Below, one piece after another: positions 1-4,483 of a DNA stretch of 5,705 nucleotides. The translations under genes were made by a program, and so were the position numbers. The notes beneath the pieces were generated by a model. The model made no database searches and was not told the origin of the DNA. It saw only the letters and a program-made list of their open reading frames with translations. Origin of the DNA: a virus; the IMG/VR virus record IMGVR_UViG_3300045988_008128, positions 1 through 5,705 of that record, one strand, 5' to 3'. Position 1 is the stretch's first letter. The number at the start of each line of letters is the position of its first letter.

Positions 1-119
1 GACCGCACCAGAAGGAGGCTGGAAAGTGGGCACACTGGCTGACTACTTCGGAATCCCGACAGGCGTGAGCGGCCTGAAAGTGAACAGTCTGCCATTCAGA
101 GCATATGCAAAGGTGTGGA
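1..119. repeat. Terminal redundancy copy A, identical to 5587..5705. It marks a circular 5586-nt genome.
   Basis: A base-by-base comparison shows that 1..119 equals 5587..5705 exactly. The offset of 5586 is divisible by 3 and keeps the capsid reading frame continuous. Confidence 0.95.
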
Positions 120-1312
120 ACGAATGGTTCCGCGACGAAAATTTGCAGCAGCCTGTGACCCAGAGCATGGACGACACGACCACAACCGGCGTGAACACCG
201 GAACGAAACAATCAGACGCAGAAGCGGGCGGTCTGCCGCTGAAGGTCTGCAAATACAAGGACTACTTCACAAGCTGCCTCCCGTCTCCGCAGAAATCTGT
301 AGAACCGGTAACACTGCCAATGACAGGAAACGCACAGATTGTATGGCCAAACAGTGCAGAAATAATGGCAGACGGAAATATTTTCCAAAACGGTGGCGGA
401 AGCCTCGAAAACATTCCGATAAACACGAATATGAAAATCGCTGCATCAAAAAAGAACAACAAAAGCGGAAAATCGATTGTAATGTTCGGTGGACAAAAAA
501 GCGCAGGAGAAATCAATTACAGCTCAATGCAAGCAGACCTTAGCAACGTAACCGGCGCAACCATCAACGAACTGCGTCAGGCAATCGCAGTGCAGCACAT
601 CTTCGAGCGTGACGCAAGAACCGGCACCCGATACAAAGAAATCCTGAAAGGCGCATGGGGTGTGACAAGTCCGGATGCACGTCTTGACCGATCTGAGTAC
701 ATCGGCGGACACAGAATGCCAATCAACGTAAATCAGGTCATTCAGACCAGCAGCACCGACAGCACGTCGCCGCAGGGCAACACCGGAGCATACAGCATGA
801 CGACCTTGAGCAGAAACATGTGCACATACAGCGCAACAGAACATGGCTATGTTCTGGGTCTGGCAGCTATCCGCGTGGATCACAGCTATCAGCAGGGACT
901 TAGCAGACTGTGGACGCGCAGCACTCGATTCAGCTATTACGACCCGATGCTTGCAAACCTCGGTGAACAGGCAGTGCTAAATCAAGAGATTTATGCACAG
1001 GGCAAGGCGCAGGACGAAGAAGTTTTCGGCTATCAAGAAGCATGGGCCGATTACAGATACCGCACCAACATGGTAACAAGCGAAATGCGCAGCACCTACG
1101 CGCAAACGCTGGATGCATGGCACTATGCGGACAAGTACGGCGCACTTCCTACCCTATCCAGCAGCTGGATTAAAGAAGGAACAGAAAACATCGACCGAAC
1201 TCTTGCAGTACAGAGTTCCAACAGCCACCAGTTCATTTGCAACTTCTATTACAATCAGGCATGGACGCGACCGATGCCGATTTACAGCGTGCCAGGCATT
1301 GATACGATCTAA
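2..1312 (+). CDS. VP1: Major capsid protein VP1 (phiX174 F-like), C-terminal part. Its 5' end lies at 5249 on the circle.
   Basis: The frame is open from the window edge to TAA at 1310-1312. The GTG start at 26 in the ORF track is an artefact, because the same frame continues from the ATG at 5249 through the duplicated 119 nt. Microviridae capsid hallmarks are present: ADYFGIP, LPFRAYAKVWNEWFRDENLQ, ATINELRQAIAVQHIFERDARTGTRYKEILKGAWGV and a C-terminal RPMPIYS. The joined product is 549 aa, typical of gokushovirus-type VP1. Confidence 0.93.
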   Translation, partial: TAPEGGWKVGTLADYFGIPTGVSGLKVNSLPFRAYAKVWNEWFRDENLQQPVTQSMDDTTTTGVNTGTKQSDAEAGGLPLKVCKYKDYFTSCLPSPQKSVEPVTLPMTGNAQIVWPNSAEIMADGNIFQNGGGSLENIPINTNMKIAASKKNNKSGKSIVMFGGQKSAGEINYSSMQADLSNVTGATINELRQAIAVQHIFERDARTGTRYKEILKGAWGVTSPDARLDRSEYIGGHRMPINVNQVIQTSSTDSTSPQGNTGAYSMTTLSRNMCTYSATEHGYVLGLAAIRVDHSYQQGLSRLWTRSTRFSYYDPMLANLGEQAVLNQEIYAQGKAQDEEVFGYQEAWADYRYRTNMVTSEMRSTYAQTLDAWHYADKYGALPTLSSSWIKEGTENIDRTLAVQSSNSHQFICNFYYNQAWTRPMPIYSVPGIDTI

Positions 1313-1323
1313 GGGGGTGCAAA

Positions 1324-2256
1324 ATGGATCCTATTTTAGGAACATTATTGCAGTTTGGTTTGCCAGCACTCATAAACGTAGGCGGGCAACTGCTGCAAAC
1401 TGGTATCAAAAATATCAGCTCAGGCAGTGGACAACAGACGATGAGCGGTACAACAAACACAAGCAGCAACACAACCACAACGACCGAAGGAAGCACCACA
1501 GAAGCAGGAACCAGCGTAAAAACGGGCAGTATATCGGGCATCGTGGACGCACTAAAAACTGCAATGGGTACGCCAACAGGCAATAACGCAGCAGCGGCAG
1601 GAGCGTTCAACGCCGGACAAGCACAGACAGCAAACAACCTACAAAGCGGAATGTGGAGCATGGCAAACACCATGAACATGCTCTCAAACATAGCCGCAAA
1701 CGGCCTGAACCTTGCAAGTCAAACAAGCGCACAAAAATACAACTCTGCAGAAGCAGCAGCACAAAGAGCATGGCAAGAACAAATGTCAAACACCAGCTAT
1801 CAACGTGGCGTAAAAGACATGAAGGCAGCCGGATTAAACCCAGTACTTGCAGCATACAACGGCTTCGGCGCAGGTCTGGCACCGAGCGGAGGAACAGCAA
1901 GCAGCGGAATCCAAAGCTTTAGCCACACTCAGAGCGCAGCAATCCCAACAGCGCACACCGCAAACATGCAAGCTATGTATGACTACGGCAACAACACAGC
2001 CCAGTTCTTACAGAACGCAATGCAGACCATAAGCACAGCAAAAGAAACAAGTCAATACGGAATGGCAAGAACCATGGAGCAAATTGCAAACCAAGTTGGA
2101 ACAACATCTGCAAAGAGCGTACAAGACATCACGAAGAGCGAAAGCAGCACCAGCACACAAGACAGGCTCGGCGCACTGGACAAGCTACTACCGAGCGGAA
2201 ACAGCCACGGTGGTGGCGGAAACAGCCACGGTGGTGGCGGTGGTCGTGGAAGATAA
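1324..2256 (+). CDS. VP2: Minor capsid / DNA pilot protein VP2 (phiX174 H analogue).
   Basis: The SD-like GGGGG at 1313-1317 lies 6 nt before the ATG. The N-terminus is hydrophobic (MDPILGTLLQFGLPALINVGG) and is followed by Thr/Ser/Ala/Gln-rich low complexity. The motif QEQMSNTSYQRGVKDMKAAGLNPVLAAY matches my memory of the conserved VP2 core (MSNTAYQR..DMK.AGLNP.LAY). The gene sits directly after VP1, and the C-terminal tail is glycine-rich. Confidence 0.8.
   Translation: MDPILGTLLQFGLPALINVGGQLLQTGIKNISSGSGQQTMSGTTNTSSNTTTTTEGSTTEAGTSVKTGSISGIVDALKTAMGTPTGNNAAAAGAFNAGQAQTANNLQSGMWSMANTMNMLSNIAANGLNLASQTSAQKYNSAEAAAQRAWQEQMSNTSYQRGVKDMKAAGLNPVLAAYNGFGAGLAPSGGTASSGIQSFSHTQSAAIPTAHTANMQAMYDYGNNTAQFLQNAMQTISTAKETSQYGMARTMEQIANQVGTTSAKSVQDITKSESSTSTQDRLGALDKLLPSGNSHGGGGNSHGGGGGRGR
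2197..2238 (+). repeat. Perfect 21-nt tandem duplication (2 copies) inside the VP2 C-terminus, encoding GNSHGGG twice.
   Basis: GGAAACAGCCACGGTGGTGGC occurs at 2197-2217 and is repeated exactly at 2218-2238. The duplication is in frame and is followed by GGRGR and the stop. Confidence 0.95.
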
Positions 2257-2259
2257 CTA

Positions 2260-2297
2260 TTGACAAACACAGAAAAGAGGTGTATATTATGGGTGTA
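2260..2297 (+). promoter_or_regulatory. Promoter P1 (sigma70/sigmaA-type) with an overlapping GGTGTA-N7-GGTGTA direct repeat, a candidate operator.
   Basis: TTGACA lies at 2260-2265, followed by a 17-nt spacer and TATATT at 2283-2288. GGTGTA occurs at 2279-2284 and 2292-2297. The site lies in the VP2/RHH intergenic gap, about 40 nt upstream of the ATG at 2333, and shares the 13-nt core AAAGAGGTGTATA with P2. Confidence 0.6.
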
Positions 2298-2332
2298 CTA
2301 ATCACACACCTTACCTAGAAAGGGGTATAACC

Positions 2333-2542
2333 ATGAAAAACGTGACCAAAAGAATCAACATAAATCTGACAGACAGAGAAATCACAGCACTAGGAGCAAT
2401 CAAAGACGAAATGACACTCAGAGGGTGGAGCGGAAACACAAGCGACATCATCAGGGACGCAATAGCAGCTTACTGCACACAAGTAACAGGGTACACATTC
2501 GCAAACGAATGGAGCATTAAAACAACAAAAATCCATGATTAA
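2333..2542 (+). CDS. Small ribbon-helix-helix (CopG/Arc/MetJ-like) putative DNA-binding protein, 69 aa.
   Basis: The SD GAAAGGGG at 2318-2325 lies 7 nt before the ATG. The N-terminal pattern is KRININLTDRE (beta strand), ITALGAIKDEMTLRG (helix 1), a GNTS turn and DIIRDAIAAY (helix 2), which is the classic RHH layout. The ORF sits directly downstream of P1. The fold call is from pattern only. Confidence 0.6.
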   Translation: MKNVTKRININLTDREITALGAIKDEMTLRGWSGNTSDIIRDAIAAYCTQVTGYTFANEWSIKTTKIHD

Positions 2543-2550
2543 ATTGGACT

Positions 2551-2610
2551 TGACACGGAAAATTGTGTCAGTGGGCCCCAATAACATCAAGAAGGGTTAT
2601 TGGGGCCCAC
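2551..2610. repeat. Two abutting perfect stem-loops: a 6-bp stem at 2551-2570 and a 15-bp GC-rich stem at 2571-2610. They are candidate origin or RNA-structure elements.
   Basis: TGACAC (2551-2556) pairs with GTGTCA (2565-2570) around an 8-nt loop. GTGGGCCCCAATAAC (2571-2585) pairs perfectly with GTTATTGGGGCCCAC (2596-2610) around the 10-nt loop ATCAAGAAGG. No T-tract follows, so this is not a canonical intrinsic terminator. Confidence 0.85.
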
Positions 2611-2636
2611 TGAGGTGAAGAGGGTGAAACATCCAT

Positions 2637-3752
2637 ATGGGGTGCACAAGACCTTTGGTAAGATTCGCAGACGGCGAAATAACGACACTGAAAAAGTATC
2701 TACTGGCAGGAAAAAAACACAACAGTCAACTCAACATTGAAGGGCCATTCATGAATGAAAGCCTAGAAAAAAAGCTGCTGCGAAAGCTGAAAAGCGAAAA
2801 TGCACAAATACTGCCATGTGGACACTGTGCCGGCTGTAAAATGCAAAACGCAAGCAGCTGGGCAAACAGAATGGAGATGGAAATGCCATACCACGAAAAT
2901 GCGTGGTTTTTAACACTCACATACGACAATGAACACGTACCATGGTCTTACAATCAAGGTTTAGGCGTTAACAAAAAAACAGGCGAAATCATCATAGAAA
3001 ACTTAACACTGAACTATGAGGACATGCAAAAATTTTGGAAACGCCTAAGACGCTGGTTGGAATACCATGAAAGAAACACCGGGAAACTGATGTACTACCA
3101 AGCAGGCGAGTACGGCAGCCAGACACACAGGCCACATTATCATGCGATCGTGTACGATCTGCCGATAAAACCGGAAGAGCTGAAAATCTACAAACAGAAA
3201 AACGGCTTCAGATACTACAATGTTGAATGGCTAACAAAGCTGTGGGGTATGGGTCATGTAGTGGTAGCACCGGCAGAATGGAAAAACATGGCATACACCG
3301 CAAGATACACAACAAAAAAAATTTACGGCAAGGATTCAAAAAAATATTATGAAGAACTCGGAGTTTTACCAGAACGCTGCATGATGAGCAAAAATCCTGC
3401 AATCGGAATGCAGTACTATGAGGAACACAAAAATGAAATCTATGCAAAAGATGAAATCCAACTGAAAAACGGCAAGCGATGCAAACCGCCTAGATATTTC
3501 GATAAACTGTTTGACTTAGAGCATTCAAACAGTAAACCGCTATCTGAAGCAGAAAGTGAGACGATAGAAGACACAATAGTAAAAGCCGAATCTGAAGAAC
3601 TGAAAGCAATCAAAAGAGAACGCCGAAGAATCGCAAACGAAACGCTCTTTGCTCAGCTCAAGCAGACCGGCTTAACCATGCAAGAATATTATGACCTAAA
3701 AGATAAGAAAAATCAAGAAAAATTCAAAAAACTTATCCGAGAAGAAATTTAA
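2637..3752 (+). CDS. VP4: Replication initiation protein VP4 (HUH rolling-circle endonuclease, phiX174 A analogue).
   Basis: The N-terminus MGCTRPL fits the usual M.C..P start of microvirus Rep. A Cys cluster (CGHCAGC) is present, along with RCR motif 1 (FLTLTYD), motif 2 (HRPHYHAIVY, the HUH) and motif 3 (YTARYTTKK, tyrosine motif). The 371-aa size is typical. Confidence 0.92.
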   Translation: MGCTRPLVRFADGEITTLKKYLLAGKKHNSQLNIEGPFMNESLEKKLLRKLKSENAQILPCGHCAGCKMQNASSWANRMEMEMPYHENAWFLTLTYDNEHVPWSYNQGLGVNKKTGEIIIENLTLNYEDMQKFWKRLRRWLEYHERNTGKLMYYQAGEYGSQTHRPHYHAIVYDLPIKPEELKIYKQKNGFRYYNVEWLTKLWGMGHVVVAPAEWKNMAYTARYTTKKIYGKDSKKYYEELGVLPERCMMSKNPAIGMQYYEEHKNEIYAKDEIQLKNGKRCKPPRYFDKLFDLEHSNSKPLSEAESETIEDTIVKAESEELKAIKRERRRIANETLFAQLKQTGLTMQEYYDLKDKKNQEKFKKLIREEI

Positions 3753-3776
3753 AAGAACGGCTGAATAAAGGGAACT

Positions 3777-3814
3777 GGACGACGTGACACAAAAAAAAGT
3801 TACGTCGTCCTTTT
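3777..3814 (+). terminator. Rho-independent terminator after the Rep gene.
   Basis: GGACGACGTGAC (3777-3788) pairs with GTTACGTCGTCC (3799-3810), giving 12 bp with one G-U wobble. The loop is ACAAAAAAAA and the stem is followed by TTTT at 3811-3814. The structure begins 25 nt after the VP4 stop. Confidence 0.6.
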
Positions 3815-3816
3815 CA

Positions 3817-3834
3817 TGCGCGACCCAGCGCGCA
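3817..3834. repeat. Short GC-rich hairpin (6-bp stem, 6-nt loop) between the terminator and promoter P2.
   Basis: TGCGCG (3817-3822) pairs with CGCGCA (3829-3834) around the loop ACCCAG. GGACGAC recurs at 3777-3783 and 3837-3843, flanking the hairpin. Confidence 0.7.
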
Positions 3835-3861
3835 CCGGACGACCTCAAACAAAAATAGTGC

Positions 3862-3899
3862 TTGACAAGTGTATGAAAGAGGTGTATAATAAAGGTGTA
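3862..3899 (+). promoter_or_regulatory. Promoter P2, a perfect sigma70 consensus, with GTGTA repeats at 13-nt spacing (candidate operator).
   Basis: TTGACA lies at 3862-3867, followed by exactly 17 nt and TATAAT at 3885-3890. AGTGTA occurs at 3868-3873, GGTGTA at 3881-3886 and GGTGTA at 3894-3899, with starts 13 nt apart. About three quarters of a 38-nt alignment to P1 is identical by my manual count. Confidence 0.7.
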
Positions 3900-3917
3900 G
3901 AAAGGATGGTGCTCAAA

Positions 3918-4079
3918 ATGACACTGAAAAGTTACAGAGTTGAAATGACAAACATAAAAACAGGTAAAAAAGAAATCCGTCACACAGTAGCAGAAAGCAA
4001 GAAACTCGCAAAATGTCTCATCTGGGTAAGAGAAGATATCATAAGCCACTGGAAAATAAACAAAATAGAAGAAGAGTAA
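3918..4079 (+). CDS. Hypothetical small protein (53 aa from ATG 3918, or 57 aa from ATG 3906), with no recognisable family.
   Basis: The ORF track gives 3816..4079, but its first 70-plus nt run through promoter P2, so the start must be downstream of about 3897. The SD AAAGGA at 3901-3906 lies 11 nt before ATG 3918, and ATG 3906 is the alternative. The sequence MTLKSYRVEMTNIKTGKKEIRHTVAESKKLAKCLIWVREDIISHWKINKIEEE is charged and has no TM segment. Confidence 0.5.
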   Translation: MTLKSYRVEMTNIKTGKKEIRHTVAESKKLAKCLIWVREDIISHWKINKIEEE

Positions 4080-4117
4080 ACATTAAAAACGTGAGGTTGA
4101 CGAAAAACAGCCTTGCG

Positions 4118-4131
4118 TTTTTTTTTTTTTT
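4118..4131 (+). repeat. T14 homopolymer in the intergenic region.
   Basis: Fourteen consecutive T were counted directly. They are preceded by a weak AAAAAC/GTTTTT stem (4103-4108 with 4117-4122) and followed immediately by an extended -10-like element. Confidence 0.95.
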
Positions 4132-4139
4132 GGTAAAAT
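4131..4139 (+). promoter_or_regulatory. Possible extended -10 promoter (TGgTAAAAT) for the late/structural gene block.
   Basis: TG at 4131-4132 is followed by one base and then TAAAAT at 4134-4139. A T-rich tract lies upstream. Only a weak -35 is present (TTGCGT at 4113-4118, with a 15-nt spacer). The element lies 22 nt upstream of the strong SD and ATG at 4161. Confidence 0.35.
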
Positions 4140-4160
4140 GGAGAAAAAGGAGGTGGTATC

Positions 4161-4280
4161 ATGGCATACCGCAAGACCGTTAAACCGAAGGTAGACAAGA
4201 AAATTTTCACCAACACCGCAAAGAAAACCAAAAAGATCAACGTGAACCCGAAACCGAGCAGAGGGGGAATCAGGCTGTGA
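4161..4280 (+). CDS. Small basic DNA-binding/packaging protein (phiX174 J / gokushovirus VP8-ORF8 analogue), 39 aa. It is absent from the supplied ORF track.
   Basis: The strong SD AAGGAGGTGG at 4148-4157 lies 3 nt upstream of the ATG. The translation is MAYRKTVKPKVDKKIFTNTAKKTKKINVNPKPSRGGIRL, with 13 of 39 residues K or R and no acidic residues except one D. The ...KKIN...RGGIRL C-terminus is what I recall for microvirus small basic proteins. Confidence 0.8.
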   Translation: MAYRKTVKPKVDKKIFTNTAKKTKKINVNPKPSRGGIRL

Positions 4281-4480
4281 GCAAAAGACCGTATCACCAA
4301 AAAGAACCCGGTATGATGAAAGTAAGATATGCAATCAACATCGAAAACAACATGCTGAAAGAGATCGAGGACGTAAGCCAGACGCTGGAACTGCCCAGAT
4401 CAAAAGTAACGAGGGCACTGCTGCGCTACGGTCTCGATAACATCACCACGAAACAGATCTATGAACTGGGAAAGGAATAA
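4277..4480 (+). CDS. Second ribbon-helix-helix-like putative DNA-binding protein (67 aa from GTG 4277, or 55 aa from ATG 4313).
   Basis: GTG 4277 overlaps the TGA of the upstream ORF (GTGA) and has AGAGGGGGA at 4259-4267 as its SD. The RHH pattern is KVRYAINIENN (beta strand), MLKEIEDVSQTLE (helix 1), a LPRS turn and KVTRALLRYGL (helix 2). Confidence 0.6.
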   Translation: MSKRPYHQKEPGMMKVRYAINIENNMLKEIEDVSQTLELPRSKVTRALLRYGLDNITTKQIYELGKE

Positions 4481-4483
4481 GCC

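Noticed and set aside
115-543. 142-aa Arg-rich + strand ORF overlapping VP1 in another frame, and similar embedded + ORFs at 1113-1586, 1653-1922, 1847-2032 and 4926-5156
   Set aside because: These are highly basic, low-complexity translations typical of off-frame reading of A/G-rich coding sequence. They have no SD at the proposed starts, no recognisable motifs and no TM segments. I treat them as frame artefacts.
26-1312. GTG-initiated 428-aa ORF as a stand-alone gene
   Set aside because: The frame is open upstream to the window edge and joins in frame, through the 119-nt terminal redundancy, to the ATG at 5249. It is the C-terminal part of VP1, not an independent start.
1233-1691. 152-aa hydrophobic minus-strand ORF, and all other minus-strand ORFs in the track (for example 524-883, 3696-4049, 3980-4300 and 5406-5681)
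   Set aside because: Every confidently identified gene is on the + strand, and microviruses transcribe a single strand. The hydrophobicity is the expected by-product of reading the complement of an A-rich, T-poor coding strand. No promoter or SD support was seen.
2281-2291. TGTATATTATG, identical to the central region plus the first bases of the XerD arm of E. coli dif. This hinted at a Xer-dependent integration site, as in some enterobacterial gokushovirus prophages.
   Set aside because: The flanking arms do not match dif. The XerC arm region has no similarity and only 5 of 11 XerD-arm bases match. The match is explained by the -10 box TATATT and its context.
2550-2555. TTGACA in the Rep-upstream region as the -35 of a dedicated Rep promoter
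   Set aside because: The sequence 17 nt downstream is GGGCCC, which is part of the 15-bp stem, and no -10-like hexamer occurs at 16-19 nt spacing. The hexamer is embedded in hairpin 1 instead.
3816-3917. Upstream ATG at 3816 as the start of the 87-aa ORF
   Set aside because: That extension would be encoded across the GC hairpin and the P2 -35/-10 elements, upstream of the predicted transcription start, and it has no SD. The start was trimmed to 3918, with 3906 as the alternative.
4103-4131. AAAAAC/GTTTTT stem plus T14 as a confident intrinsic terminator
   Set aside because: The stem is only 6 bp and almost entirely A-U, with an 8-nt loop, which is too weak to call. I kept it only as a possibility within the T14 finding.
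4097-4139. TTGACG plus TAAAAT as a standard -35/-10 promoter pair
   Set aside because: The spacer is 31 nt, far outside the functional 16-19 nt range. I retained only the extended -10 reading, at low confidence.
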